64,000 bases of DNA from Klebsormidium nitens (lineage: Eukaryota; Plantae; Klebsormidiophyceae), in contig DF237283.1 of the NCBI GenBank assembly GCA_000708835.1, positions 1 to 64,000 on the forward strand. The letters run 5' to 3'. Under the pieces are notes generated by a model. That model was not told the origin of the DNA. It did not search any database and saw only the letters and a list, made by a program, of their open reading frames with translations. Below are positions 23,433 through 38,100 of this stretch, in pieces; within the stretch, counting starts at the first letter, position 1, and each line of letters opens with the position of its first letter. The translations under genes were made by a program, and so were the position numbers.

Positions 23433-26188
23433 CACAACTACTCTCAATGATCCAGCCTCTTATGCAAGGTGATGCCCGTCAATCAACTGCACACATTAGA
23501 TCAGAAGCATTTAGAAGAGTTTGTTAACTCAATATATACAAATTGAGTCCTCCGATTCTTTTAGCTTTTCCTGATGGCTTTGCCAAATACCGGGTTCTAG
23601 TGCATGTGTTCCATGGTGTGCCTAAACCCAGCTCGTGTGCAAGGGAGACAGAGATAAATTCATGACATCAATCGATCGATGAAACAAGAGTAGTCGAACA
23701 TGGAAGGGTTGCAGAACTAGCTGGTGAAAACAGGTGTTGGCAAAACTTTACTTGACTGACCACCAAGCGATGTAATCCAAACCTGGATTACAGATCTTGG
23801 AAGTTTCAAACTCAGTTCAGCAATTGCAGTTTCATGCTGCGCAGTCCAAGACCGAGCAGATGACCAGCCAACGCAGAGTCGGATTGGGGGTCAAAGCAAG
23901 GCTTTAAGAAAGGGCACAACTTTGCAAAGAATGACCTGACGATCTTTTACATTCGTTCTTTTGCACCACCCCCAAGAAACCGAGAAAGGATACGAAGTGC
24001 TCTCAGGTTGAAAGCAGGAAGAAGTGATCAATGGTTGCAACCAAAGCATCGACATGCATGCAATGCTGTATTTTCAGGAGAAGAATGGTTGAAATGTAAC
24101 ATGTACCACCAGCTCCGATGTTTAAATGATCTTACCTGGATAGAGGAGAAGGGAAAATCTGGTGCCAGTTGAATCTAACCGCAGCATTCGAGCGCCATTG
24201 TTGTAGCTCAAACAATCACTTGATCAGAAGCTTGCAGACCAAAGATCTTTGCTCGTAGGAAACTGTCCTATGGTACCGACTGGCGCCCATTCTCAATAGA
24301 TGCCAGTGGCTGCAGAAACGGAGCCGGCTTATGAGAATGACGTGGATCAATGAAAAGGGCGGGCCACCATTTTCGATCTTTCAGGTTTGCATGCCAGTGG
24401 TTGCGCGGCCGCGGCGGCGCGGTGATTTTTCCCCGACAAAGGAGGGTTGCCAGGGTTTGGCCAAATTGCTGTCGAGGGACCACATGGGCAGCTATCGCAC
24501 GGCGCCCGTCGTTTGTTTTGAATCTGGTCTCCCATCGACGGCCAAGAAGTGGTCAGACACGCACCAAACATCGCAAACTCGGGAAGATACAAGGAACGCC
24601 TTTTCTCACTGCCTCTGAATCTGTACCCTGTCCACAACGTCATTGGAAGTGCGGGTTTGTGGACGCTTGCGACGAAAAGATGTGAAAACCTTCGAGACAG
24701 TTTCACAAGATCGGACCAGTCACCATTTCCTTGGAAACTCGATAGGGAACTTGGAAGACGGTAAAGCCTGCATGAGAATGGTCACGAGAAATGGTGGAGG
24801 GAAAGCGCGCCACCCTCATCATCACGTCATGGGGGAACGGCAGCCCAACGGCAGCTACAGATGTAAGACTTCTGGTTGCAGACACCGTGCGGCCTTCCTT
24901 TTGCAAGTTTGTTTGCAGGGTTGAAGAATACTGTTAGCCTTTTCTCCCTGGATCTGGAAGAAAAAGTTATGATGAAGTGAGGGTTTGGTCAGAGGCACTG
25001 CGTAAAGTGGGGAAGCATGCGCCAAGGAGCAGTCAAGATGTGAGCTAGGACGAGTTTTTGAGGTATGTTTCTCCTTAGGTCTTGGGGAAGGTGAAATGGA
25101 GGAGGTCTAAGCAGATCTTGCTTTTGTGGTTCATTGAATGTTCAGCTCAGTTTGGGGGGGGCGCACGTCATGCTTTCGATTTTTTCTGATAGGGCACTCA
25201 GGTACTGAATTCATGCTCCATGGTCATCCTCGCGCTAGAGCTACTTGAGAGGATATTTCTAAAGACAAAGGTGGCTCTGGTCTTACTACCTGAATTAGGT
25301 AGACTTGCTTGGCAGCTTTGTATTCTGTCAGCTTCTTTTTGCATCGATCTGCCATTTGGCCATCAAGGGCTTGCTTTTCTTTTCAAGTTCTTTCTGTTGT
25401 TTGTTGGATTTGCAATCGACAGTATGTTTGACTCGAAAGAATTGACTTGGAACAAGTTTAGCTGGATTACCAGGAAACCCTAAAGCAGGAAGCTCCTTCA
25501 GCTTTGTGTTAGCGTCCGTGTGTGCATGTCCTCATCTTTATTTGTTGGTTTGTTCAAGACCAGTTGGAATTCCTCACTACAAAAGTTATTGGTTCATCAA
25601 TTGAGTCCCTCGCATGGTACCTTAGCACCTGTCATCCTAAACTAGCTGTTGATTTGGACAGGTTGTTTGAGTGGTTGATGAAATTGCAGATCCATATGAG
25701 GGGCCGCTATGGTTGATCATTCAAAGGATAGATCCAGTCTGCTAAATGCACATTAATCAGTTGTTGATGATCATTCTCCTTTGAAGTTTTCTTCTGTATG
25801 CAAGTGTTCGTATAGATTTTCCTGTGGAGTTCTTGTAGTCGTTGTGCGAAAACAGTCACTCTGAAGAGCTGAAAGACAACAGTGATGACACCACCTTTAT
25901 GTAAATGTCGGGTATACAACCAGGCTTAGTTTTCTGCAGCTAAGCCTGGTTTCAACCCCATGATGCCCCTTAACGAGTCAATGGATAACGCCACCGTATC
26001 TTGTTTTGTGAGTCTCACATTGAAAGTGATGCTTGAAGGTAGTATAAGAAGTCAATCGCATGAAATCTGAATTTGATTGGCAATCTTGGTCAGTATCTGG
26101 GGAGGTTTTATTGGACAGGACCTTCCTATTGTGCCCTAAGAAGCCCCTTTCCCATGCAGATCAACCAGTGATGCACTGACGCAAGGCA

Positions 26189-29100
26189 ATGACAGTAGCA
26201 GCATCTGATGGGGGCCCTTCCGACCAAACCGGAAGCACCACTATGCAGTCCGCAGAGAACGAGCTTTGGTACAGTATTCAGCAGACCGCAGAGGCATTGC
26301 CTGGGGGGCAAATATCCGGGGGTGCCGCTGGAGATTCTGTAGCTGGTTTCTTGGAGCAAACAGCGCATGCTTCTGTGGTGGGGGAACTGGAAAATGCGAA
26401 GAGGGGTTCTCAAGAGGGGGCTGTTGTGGGGCCAGGCCCAGGTAAAGCTGCAGGCGCCTTTTTGCCGGAGGCTTCGCAGTTAGAAGCCCCCAAGCAGGCA
26501 CCTCCAGCTGATGTCAGCAGCCCAGGCGTGAGGCAGAGTGATCGACTACAGGCCCGGCCAGGGTCTCATGTGAGAACCGGTTCCAGTGCGGCGACCAGCC
26601 CCAGAGCTCGCAATTCCTTCACGCATGCCCGTAACCCCCTCGGCTTAGACGCACGTGAGGCTGCAGTGGCCGCGCCAAAGCTGAACGGCCTGGCCGCTGG
26701 CCACGCACGGCCGGAGGTTGCGCTGCACCTGCGAAACCTGAGCGTCACGGATGAGGTTCAAGAGGAGCCTTTGCCTTCTGCAGGGGCCATCTCGCCTGCC
26801 GCGCTGCCCGACGCCGGAGCGGTGTTTGACAGAGACCCCTCGGTGCGCCCCACAACTAGGACGGGGGGTTCTTACAAGACTCCGGAGTCGCCTGTGGGGC
26901 TGGTGAGCCCTCGGGCGGGGGTGACGAGCACGGCGGTTCTGGCTCTCCCGGCTCCAGACCGACCCGTCGTCACCGCAGTCAAGCGACGGGCCAAAGCGCC
27001 TCCAGGAGTTAGAGCAGTGGGGAGGGGCGGTCCCAGTCAGAACGTCGCTGTCGGTTTGTCACAACAGGAGGCAAATCGGCAGAGCGACATTGAAGAGGAA
27101 CAGTCGGGGTCGGGGCTTTTGGAAGGAGGATTGTCAGCGGGGGTGTCAGGGCGCTCTGGGACGACCTCGGGGGGGAAGGTCCCACGGGAGTGTTCTGTGT
27201 GCCACTTGAACAAGAGCCCTCGTTGGCGTACAGGACCAGAGGGGCCGAAGACGCTGTGCAACCGCTGCGGTGTGTACTGGTCGCAGAACCGGCACAAGTG
27301 GGACGAGCTGGTCGATCGGTTCAAGGCCAGTTCAGACGGGGAGGTCAACCAGCTGCAGGCAGAGTTCAAGGCAGTCCGGCACGCAAAGAGTGCGGACCTA
27401 GAGCAAAAGAGGGCGAAGGTGGTTCGGCCGCCGCCAAGGGCTCCAAAGGCGCTTCCGCAGGGGACAGGCACCGCTCGGGAGGGACACCGGCCCAGGAAGG
27501 CGAGTAACCTGGGGAGGTCGGAGGGGCACAGCCGGTCTGATACGGAGACAATACTGCGGAAGCTGCAGGAGCTCCCCGGTCACTTTGCGAAGAGTCTGAG
27601 GAAGGAGCTGCTCGGCTTTGGGTTGGTGAGAAGTGCGAGCCCGAAGCCTGACGCAGAGGGGGGGCAGGGGGGCGTACCGCAGCAGCAGGCCGAGGCAGTG
27701 GAAGAGGAGGTGGTCATTAGCAGCGGGAGCGACGATGAGGGAGCGCATGAGCAAGTCAGAGGCAGTGATGTGGCGGGGCCGTCGGGACGAGCGTCTGACT
27801 CATTGATGCAGGTAAGCCTCAATCGTTGATTTTTCAGTGATTAGGGTCTTCCGTTGGTCAGGGAAGTGTTTGTGTGAAGGTAGGACAAAACAGCGCAGCT
27901 GTCCAGTCAAAGAGCCGGGAACCTTTGCCGGGGGGGTGGCAATGTTGGCATGACTTTTATAAGTTTGACACGCTGACTGGTACATTGACCTGAGAAGGGT
28001 TGAGTCGTAATCAGGTCCCATGAAATGATTGTTTGATGTGTTACTGTAGACTGTCTCGGAGCTACAGAACCCCTGGCTCAAAGCTACGGATTCTGAGGAG
28101 AGTCTCAGCATCAGGAATATTCACGTCAAGATGAGGCTCTTAAGGCAACGGGGACTTCGTGGTACTGTGGAGGACTAGTGCTTGCAAAGATGAACAATCT
28201 GGCTTGTTGCTGTACCCTGCACAGTATATCGGGGCACTGCATATTGAAAGGGCCTTTCGAATGTCATAAGTCTGTCATGAGTCCTTCTCTTCTGACGTTA
28301 TTGCCGTGTCGATCGGTCTTGCATAAAGTTCTTCATTTGTTCAGATTGAAACCAAAGATCGCAAATCCTGCTCTTTCTGGCAAGAGAAGAGTAGTTATTA
28401 CGTTTCAGACGGTGGATCTCTGAGGCTGAATTTTTGTGTTCCATCTGCAGGGGAATGGCTCGTCCAACAACCTCGGAAGCGCAGCGCTAGCGGCTGGAGG
28501 ATCCGGCTCCTTGCCAGCAACTACGGGCTCGTCCTTTCCTTCAGAAGGCCACCCGGGTGAGAACAAGGCAAAGAGGAAGCGGAGCGAGACAAAGATTGTC
28601 AGAGACTCCTTGACTCAAACAGGCGGAAAGAAAGCCAGGCTGATGACGGGTGAAGCGGCGATGGATGATGGGGCGGAGTTGAGAGTGGGGAGGAAGGAGG
28701 AAGATGTTATCAAGGAAGCGGAGGAACTTCTGCGGATGGGAGGACTGGGTGGGGGCGCGCCGAGAGGGACTGTTGCGGGGCACTTTGTGGGCAAGAAGAG
28801 CGGGGGCCAGCGGACGGTGAAAGTTACGGAGCGGAAGGCGCTTTTGCATCAGGCGCGGGCGGAGGGGCCCCCGCCCAGCTCGGTAGGGATCGTGATCAAT
28901 AGCTCGGGGCTCGCGAAGATCAGGATCGGGGGGGTGACTCGGATTGTTCCCAAGGGGGAGCCGGTTTCTGGTTTGGATGCCTATGGGATTCCAATCCCGA
29001 AGAGAAAGGGCCCAGGGCGGCCCCCAAGTGCAGCGAAACTTGCAGAACGCTTGGCCGCCGCAGGGGGTTCGGTTGTGGATCTGAGCGGGAAGAAGCACCT

Positions 29101-32100
29101 GAAAGTCGACCTCCCAGGGGGTGGGTCTGCACAGCAAGCGGAGGGTGGTTTACCAGAGGGAATGACGCCAACAATCCGTAGTGCTCGCATCAAGGCGAGG
29201 GGCCCTGCACCGGATTTCACGGACGACTTCGACGATGAAGGCGAGCTTCCTCTGGTCAAGAAGAGGGGCAGGGGGCGCCCCCCTTCAGGGAAGATGTCGT
29301 CTCTTGGGCAGTTGCCGGACGTCCGAGAAGGGGGCCGCAGGTACAAGGGGGCGAAGCGGGGGCGCAAGCCAAAGAATTGGACGGGAGAGCCCGGCGAGAA
29401 GCCTCTCCCACGGAAGCGGGGCCGCCCGGCAAACTCTCAGCTGGAGTTTTCGTCAAAGCTGGACGAGTTCCAAAAGGTGTTCAAGCCGAGCGTGCGGAGG
29501 ACCAAACGGCCCAGGCACGGGTTGAAGGAGCCCCGCAACAGCGTCGATTTTGGGTCCCCCTCGGGCGAGTTTCCTCTGGTCCCGGATTCGCTGCTGATGC
29601 CGCCCTTTCCCCCAGTTCCGGAGCTTATGCTCCCCTCAAGGCTGCAGAAGGCAAGGAGCCACTCTCCGGCACTGGGCGCTTCTCTCGGCTCGCTCAAGCC
29701 TCGGCTGCCGCTGCAAGTGGATGACATCATCGTGGAGTCGTTTGGCAGCGTCGATCCCCAGCACATCACCGTCGAAACCGGGCGGATCTGCGCGATAGGC
29801 TACCGGTCCACCTGGAAGGACCCCACCCTGGGTCTGGTGCACGTGAGCGAAGTCATCGCAGGAGAGGACGGGAAGCCGGTTTACACAGTGACCTGCCGCC
29901 TGAAGGAGAGAACAGACGAGGAGGAGCGGAGCATTGGGGGCGGACCGAGAAGCCCGTTCGGACGGTCCCAATCTATTCAGGTGCAGCGCAGCCCCCGGTC
30001 GCCGATCCAGCGCAGTTTCTCGCTGCAGGACGGCAGGTTCCGGCTGTCGGCGCCGTCGCCCTTGGGACAGAACCAGCAGAGCGCGTTTGCAAAGACCGGG
30101 GGTCTCGAGCAAAGGGCGCCGGGGTTGGCGGCGGAGGTGAAGGAGGCAGCGGTAGCGGGGGGAGAGGAGTCGGCTGCTATTGTGGAGGAGAAGAAGGCGC
30201 TGCTTCCTGCTGCGCAAGATTGGAACGCTGAACCAGTGCCAGTGCTCTCCACCGTTCCTGAGCAGGCCCCAATTCCTGAAGAGACCGAAATGGCTATCAC
30301 TCCGAAGGAGAAAGACACAACGCCGCTGTTGGAGGGCGCCAAGCCGCTGGTCAAAGAGCCCACGATCAGCCCGCTCCTAGTTGGTAAACCAGGGCCGCCG
30401 ATTGAGGGGTTGAAGGGCTTCGACGGCGGGGCGGCGGACCTGCACGACTTGGACACGGCCATGATTTGGGACGAGGATTTCCATGTGGCTTTTGGAGACA
30501 CGGAGAGGCCGGCGATCGGCGGGTTTGGCCCGTCGCTCGGCGACGGCCGGAAGTCGGAGGGGCAGGAGCTCGGTTGGGGCTTCGGGCTGGGGAGCGAGCA
30601 GGACAAGGCGCAGGGATCCCTCTGGGGTGGGAACGGGCACGTGAGCGAGCAAGAGGCGGAGGAAGGCATGCTGGCCGTTTTCAGAGGCACGGGAGAAGGC
30701 CCCCGGTTGGACTTTCCCCCTGGACCAGGAGAAGGTGCGCGGTTGGATTCTCCTCCTGACGAAGCGCCGAAACCCGAACCCGCAGTACCTCTTGAACCCT
30801 CCCCTGTACAATCTCCGGAGGCGGCAGATGGACCAACGGCCCGCATGGAGCCGGACTTGCTGAGTGGGCTTCCCGCAACTAAAAAGGAGAGCCCGCCAAA
30901 GCCGGCATTCGCGCCAGCTGTCCTGCCACAGTACATGCAAGGGGTGACGATCCGGCCAATTGCATCTTCGGGCCAGCCCTCCAACCTCCTTCGAATCAAC
31001 ACCGAGTTACCCCCCCTGCTCGCGCCCCTGCACATCAACACCCAGATTCCTCTGGACCATCCCGAAAGCCCAAAACCTGCCGGTCTCGCCCCGCTCCGAA
31101 CAGCGGCTGAAGCATTGGCAAACCCCAGGCGCCCTGGGCGGCCCAAGCGGTTGGACACCAAACCGCTTCCGGCGGTGTCAATCCCAGACCGACAATTGAG
31201 GAGTGAGAAGCAGTCTCAGGGGGTGGAGACGCCGCGCACCGCCCATCGGCGCTTGACAGGGTCCGACCTGCTGGTGAAGAGGAGCTCCCCTGAGGAGGCA
31301 TGGCGGGCATATGCTGCGGCCTGGCGGGAAACTTTCGAGGCGCGGGCGCCACAGCATCTGGAGGAGATTGACTGGGACGAGTTCGAAAGGGACCACTTTG
31401 GCCTGGAGAAGCCAGAAGTCGTACAGTGAGTTTCCTCCTTCTCGATTTTTTTGGCCTGGAGCAGCCAGAGGGTCGTAGAGTGAGGTTTCTTCTTTGCTAG
31501 TCCTGTGACAAGAAAAAGTTGAGCTGAGTTGTGGCCGCTGAGGATCTAGGGACTGTCATGTAGCCTTTCACATGTTGTACCTCACCTCGACTATTTCAGA
31601 TCGAAGAGAAGCGTCTTCTTATGTGGATTACCTGTATCGATCTTTCATTCTTTCTTGCCTTCTGTCAATGATCTTCTGCGAGTCACCTGCTAGCTGAATA
31701 GTCGTGAAGCGGCTTCTCAACTTTTAAAGCAAAGCAATCGTTTGTCCTATCCGAGGTCTTTCAAAACAAGTTTGTCCGATTCCAGAAACTTAATCCATTG
31801 CACGTCACTTGCTCAGCCCGAGATGACACAGTAGTTGCATATCTTCCTGCAGGTGGATCGCGGACCTTTTCCAGGCGTCGCCCCGGCTCACCCAAGCCCG
31901 CCGATCCTTCCAGAACCTGCAGCTCATGCAGCACGGGGGCCCCGGGCCTTCTCTACTGCAGCCCGCGTCAAAGCCGGACTTGGACCGGCCGGCAACCAGA
32001 GCGGAGGAGAAAGAAGCCAACGATGAGGCCGTCCGGGCGAAGCGCCAGGTGGCGGAGGGGATGAGGCGACAGCTGGTGCTGTTCAGTGACAGCGGACACG

Positions 32101-35100
32101 CGCAGCGGGAGGAGGAGGATGGGCAGAAGTTGGTTTTGGAGGGCGTGTCGATTGCTGAGGTCCAAGAAGCCTTGCAGGTGGGTATTTGAAGTGAAAATTA
32201 ACCCGTGTGAATTCGATAGAGGCTAGCCTGCACTTGCATCTCAGAGCTCTGCCGCTTACATCTCAGAGCTCTGCCGCTTGAATTTGAGTACTGGAACATG
32301 AGCCTTGATCTACTTAAGCATGGAAAAGTTAAGGTGTGGCAGGACTGACTTCACCAAGAGTTTGGAAAGCTTGAGAGGAGGTTTATGCAGACCTCCGTGG
32401 TCCAACTTAGATACAACGATAAGCTGAGAGTACATTTAGCTGTGTCTCGTGTGGTCAGTACCCTGTCAAGAAAGTCGGACTGGGAAAGTCTTCGATTTGT
32501 GTTGGAATGCTTCGTCACTCTTGGTTGAGGAGTTGGGTTGATTTTCATTAGTGTGAGAAGGGCCTTTCGATCCAGATGTAGAGCACTCTAAGAGCGCACA
32601 CAGCTGTCTGCCGTCAATCGATGATGAAGAGGTGATCTGGCATTTGTATGATTCAACCTGTACTGACTGTCCTTATATCTTGCACAGGTGTATGAGCAAC
32701 TGAGCTCCGTGCCCAGCATCCACCTCCCGCCGCTGGACGTCTTCCTCTCCGGACTGATCCACCCCAGCGTATCCGCCAAATCCCTGATCAACCTCGAGGG
32801 CATCACCCGGGGCAAGCCTAAGTCCAAGGTCCCCACTGCAAGCCCTCTGACCGCTGGTGCGGCGCAGGCGACGGCTGGCAAGGAAGGGTCGACAGCTGGC
32901 AAGGATGGCATGCCAGCTGTCAAGGAGAGCAGGAAGCCAGACGCCGCGGAAGCTGTGGCGGCGCTGCACTTGCAGCTCGTCAGGCACGCAGTTGCGAAGC
33001 TGGGCAGCGAAGCGCAAGGGATCCCCAAGCTCTTCTCGCCCCGGCAGGAGACCAGCCCGGGCCCCGTGAGCACTCCCCCCGGCGACTCTTTCCCAGCGCC
33101 AGAAGGGGAAGCCAGCGAGGCGGCCGGCTTAGCTGGGCCTCCTCCGCAAACGCCCCGCCCGGCAGAGGAGGCCTCCCCAGGAGGAGGTCTATCAGACTCG
33201 GGCGAGAAGGTGCCAGCACGTGTCAGCACGCGGGCGCCCAAGTGGAAAGCTGGGCTGACCAACGGGGAGGCGCCGTGGGCGCTGCTGATGTCACGGAACA
33301 TGGCCAAGCTGAACGGGATGGACAAGGGGGCTGAGGCGCACCACGAGGGATCCCCGTTCCGCCACGGACTGGAGCTGCTCGACGGGCTGACGTGGCCAGC
33401 GTTTGCGAGGCGGGTTCTGGAGGAAGAGGTCAAAATCCCGGAACCAACTGTCGAGGAAGAGGCCCCGCCGACTGCGGAACCGGCACCGGTTCCGATGGTC
33501 GGAAGTACAGAGGCGACCATGGACCCGGAAACGGGGCCTTTAGCAGAGGAGGAGGAGCCGGTGCCGCTTCCAATCATTCTCACCCCCGTCGAGATCGTTC
33601 GCCGGGCTGAGAAGGAAGCCGAGGTTCTGGCTGAGGCGGAGCGCCAGCTGGCAAGGGCAGTTGCAATGCTCAAGGGCCACGAGGGGCCCGTCACTGAGAC
33701 CGGGGGTCCTTCTCTTGGCACCGACCGGTTCGGTTCAGTACCGCCAGAGTCTGCAGAGCCCAGGCCAGTGTCAGCTCACGAAGCCCTTGAAGACGAGGAG
33801 CCCATGGAGCCGCTCGAGAAGTTTGAGTTCTGGTGGTCGCCGCTTGAGGGGCTGGGCCCGATGAATTCGAACCAGGGTTCCAAGATCCGGGGAAGGATTC
33901 AGACGGCGCTGGCAATGGGGCCTCCGGAATGGGCAAGGGCGGACCTGGAGAAGGTGATCAGCAGGGACGTCTACAGGAGCAGCGCTGGGGGCCCTATGAA
34001 GGTAGGTGTTTCTTCTGGCAGAAGTCTCATCAAGTTGATAAGATGTTCAACGAGTGCATGTAGTATTGCTGAGCTTTTGGCAACGGAAAGCCGTTTCCTT
34101 GAAGCACTTGGTAACCTTGGGATGCTTAAAGCCCATGGATTATCAAGTGAGAGTATGTTTTGCCTTAGACTTACCGTATTGGGAGAACAAACGAATCCCA
34201 ACGACCCTCGAGTTTGCTCGATGTCTCACCCGAAGATGGTGCTTTCAGAAGCTCTTTGAGTTAAAACACACCCTGGACATTCGATCCATCAGTAGTTGAT
34301 GTGTCCAACTCCGAAGACGGTAAACGATGTCGTTTTCTTTTTAACGATAATTTGAAATAGTGTTCAAATTAAACCCTTTTCAATACCGTTCCGCAGAGAA
34401 TGGCGCTAACCGTCCTTGAGCGCGCGCACCAGTACCACGTCGACTCCGAGAAGCCGTCCCTCGCCCAGTTTCACACGACTAGGATGTGCCGGGAGGTCGT
34501 GCGACTTGTCGCGGAGCAAGATGACGTCAAGATCTTCAGCAACCTGCCTGACGAGGTTGAGAACCGATTCTCACTCGAGGGCTTCCGCATCAAGAGCGAA
34601 CCCTACAGAGTCCGAACCAAAGGGTTCAGGTACGCACCTGTGCTCCCAGGCTCCTGTCTCCCCAATCATGCAAAAATGTCAGCTTGATTGTTGCCATCAT
34701 GCAAGCCGAAGCCTCTTAAAACTACTTTTGTTTACCTCTTTCGTCGTGCTTAAAGTTGACATGGTTGGCCTTCATCCCGTTACTTCTATGGTGAGCATAT
34801 GCTATGCTCTCAACCCAGCTCTTTCAGTTGATGCCGTTTTGCTTTGAAGTTATTGAAGCGATCTGACCAGAAGCTGCACCTGCGTTTGCCCACGCATTTT
34901 GAGAGATTGAGAGCCAATTTTTCTACAAATCTGCAGGGTTTCCGCCGGAGAGAAGCGAGGCTTGAAGCGGACTCACGAGGAGACGGCGTCCGAAGAAGTG
35001 CCTTGCGGCTACATTCGGACGGTGGACCTGCGGACGATTGACATGCGGCTGACGGCGCGGGCGTACGGAAGTTCGCTTGAGCTGTTTCTTGCAGATGTCC

Positions 35101-38100
35101 GCATGGTGAGATTCTTTCTCGCTCACTATCTAGATGTGGGAGGGACTAAAAACCTCTAACGTTTTGTCTCTTTTTCTCGAGAGCTCTTACAGGCCGGAGA
35201 CATTTAGTAAAGTCCGTGAACCGAGGAAGCGCTTTTCCTGAAGCGCTTGAACCAGTCTGCTGTGGGGCTGTCAAGTCATGGCTGCTATGCACCGACCTCA
35301 ACCTGATTAAGTTTCTGCGTCTTCATCGTAGGCTTCACAGTTTCTTGTAGCGTTGCGTCAATCTGACAAGTGTTGTTGAACATACATCATGCTCACCTGC
35401 TTTCCTGGATTCACAGGTCTGGGAGAATGCACGTCAGCAGTACCCTCCAGAGAGCAAGGAGGTCAGGACAGCAGAGGAGTTGTCAGAGCTATTCGATCGC
35501 CTCTACCAGGAGAAGGTGAGTGCTAGACGAAGGCTCTTCTTGATCTTGCAACTTGGTATCTGTCTGAGCTTGCTGGTTTCTTATACGCAGGGCGTCTCAG
35601 AAATTTTCACGTTGCTAAGCAGTTGGCATGCCAATGCAAGCGTTTGTCGATCAATCAGTCGTACTGGTATTTTAGTGCTCGATTGCGATGCACGCTGTCT
35701 TGCTCATTCTTGCAGTGTCTGTTGGTAGATGTCTCTGAAGCCGTTAAATAGAAGAACGACCTTTTGCTGCATCTCTCTTCTTTTGTAGTTCACAGGCGCA
35801 AGGATTGAGAACCCTCTTTTCTTCAATGACCTTCTCTTTGGTCTCTGGTGCTGCCAGGTTCCGAGAAGGAAGGCAAGGTTTAGGAGCTTTTCTTGGGGCT
35901 TTCTTGTACCAACCTCGTGAGTTGCCAGATTCCATGAAGCTGAAGTATCAGGAGCTTCTCTTGGTGGTTTCGCTAACACTATCGTAACTGCTTGTGCTGC
36001 TAGGTTTTGAACCTGGGCCCTGACGGCCTCCCTCTGCCCAAGCCCTCAAGCCGTCCACCGAAGGATCTGACCATCCGCATCAGTGACCCTGTCTGGGGTA
36101 GGCTGCCTAAGGCCCCCTGGGAGTGGGAGGGGTGCAAGGTGTGCGGCATTGATGAGAACGATGCACAGGTGCGTTGCTCGTCCTTACGAAGCTTGATTAA
36201 AAGAAAGGAAGATCGTTGGAGGATACTCAATCTCGTGCAGGTTGTAACAGAGGCATGCCTCTTTCAGTGCCTTATACTGGAAGGATTATAGTTCTGGCAC
36301 CGTAACAAAAGCGATGAATGTGTGAGTAGCATTTCCGTTCATTTCCGTTCATTTGTGCGGAAGCCTGTGCTTCCTTGAGTTTTGCTGTGTTGCTTCTTCC
36401 ACTTCTGTGGCATCGAAGTTTCAAAGAAGTTGGAACCAAGGACAGACCTTTGTCTGACATCCCGCCCATTCCCTCTCCTCTCAGGTCTTGTTGTGCGACC
36501 AGTGCTCCGCAGAGTACCACACCTACTGCCTCGACCCCCCCCTCGCGCGCATCCCCGACGGAGACTGGCTCTGCCACAATTGCCGCGAACTGGGCCCCAT
36601 TCCGCTGGCGAGCCCCACTGCGGGCCGGCCCGGACGCAAGAAGGGCTCCGGCCGAAACCGCGCCGATGGGCGTCGCGTCAAGGTCCGGATCGGAGGGATC
36701 CCCCGGCGTCGATCGCCGGGAGAGGGTGGGGGACCCAAGAAGAGGGGCAGACCGCTGTCTGCGAAGGGCGCCGAGCGACGGGCCGCAGAGGAACGAACGG
36801 CGGAACGGAAGGCGGCGGCGCGGTTTGCGCGCGAGACGGTGCCGGGGGCTGCGTTCCGGATGGAGCGGTTCTCGGGGGTGTTGGCGCTCGAGGCCCCGGA
36901 GTCGCCCGCGATTCGGGAGGCGCGGTTAGCAGAGGAGGCGAGAGCCGAGGCGGAAGCTCTGGCGGAAGCGGGAGTCGGGCCAGGGGCAAAGCCCTCAGTG
37001 AAAGTTCAAGCCGTGCAGGTCGGGAACCCGTCGGAGGACGTCAAACCTTCCGTCAAGCCCCTGGAAAGTAGCAACGCCTCCGAAGTTGCGGTCGTCGCTG
37101 TTCCCGGGGGATGGGAAAGTGCCCCAGGGACTGCCCCCCTGGAAGGAACGAAGCTTGTGGGGGATGTAGAAGATGTAAAGCCCACGGGAGCGGGGTCGAC
37201 GGCTGAGGCGGCGCCAGGTGGCGAGGCGAGAGCGCTTCGGAGCCAAGGGGTGGTGACCCCTGAGAAGAAGCAGGAGAAGAAGAAGCGGAAGGGTCAGAAC
37301 CAGTGGACCAAGCGCAAGGAGCTGGCTGAGCTGGCGGCGAAACTAGAGGCGGAGGGAAAACCCGTGCCGCAGCTGCCGCCCCGCAAGCACCAGAACCAGT
37401 ACACCAAGAGGAAGGAGCTCGCGTTGGCGGCCGCGAAGGAAGGGGACAAGTCGCCGTCGAAAGTGCCCTCATCTCCTGAACGAAAGCCGAAGGCCGGCGT
37501 GAGCGTGGCGTCGAGGCTGAAGATCGCGAGGGGGGTGACGTCAGCGGCGCGGGAGCGAGGCTCTCCTGGCGGAAAGGAAGTGAAGGTCTTGCGGCGGGTG
37601 AAAGGTGGGGGGAGCTCGCCTGATGGGGAGAAGTCGCCGAAGAAGAAGCGCGCTGGGGAGGAGCTGAAAAAGGGGCCGCAGAACCAGCACACGAAACGGA
37701 AGGAGGGGGCGGAGCCCGGAGCGGAAGTGAAGCGGAAAGGGGAGAATCAGTACACGAAGGCGAAGCGGCTTGCGGAAGAGGCGCAGAAAGAGAAGGAGCG
37801 CGAGAAGCGGAAGGGGGAGAATCAGTATACGAAGGCGAAAAGATTAGCAGAGGAAGCGGAGACGAAGAAAGTGGCGGAGGCGGCAGAGCCGAAGCGGAAG
37901 GGCGAGAACCAATACACCAAAGCGAAGAGGTTAGCGGAGGAGGCTGCGCGGGCGAAAGAGGAGCGGCGAGCGGCGAAGGAGAGGCGGCGGGCGGAGAAGG
38001 AGAAGCGACTGGCGGAGGAGGAGAAAGAGGGGAAGAAGCGGGGCGAGAATCAGTACACGAAAGCGAAGAAGCTTGCCGATTGGGGGGCGAAGAAGCCTGG

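Noticed and set aside
24300-26100. Short ORFs upstream of the GATA exon as extra coding exons
   Set aside because: There is an in-frame stop just upstream of the ATG at 26189 and no PHD or MBD motif is visible. Probably 5' UTR or intron.
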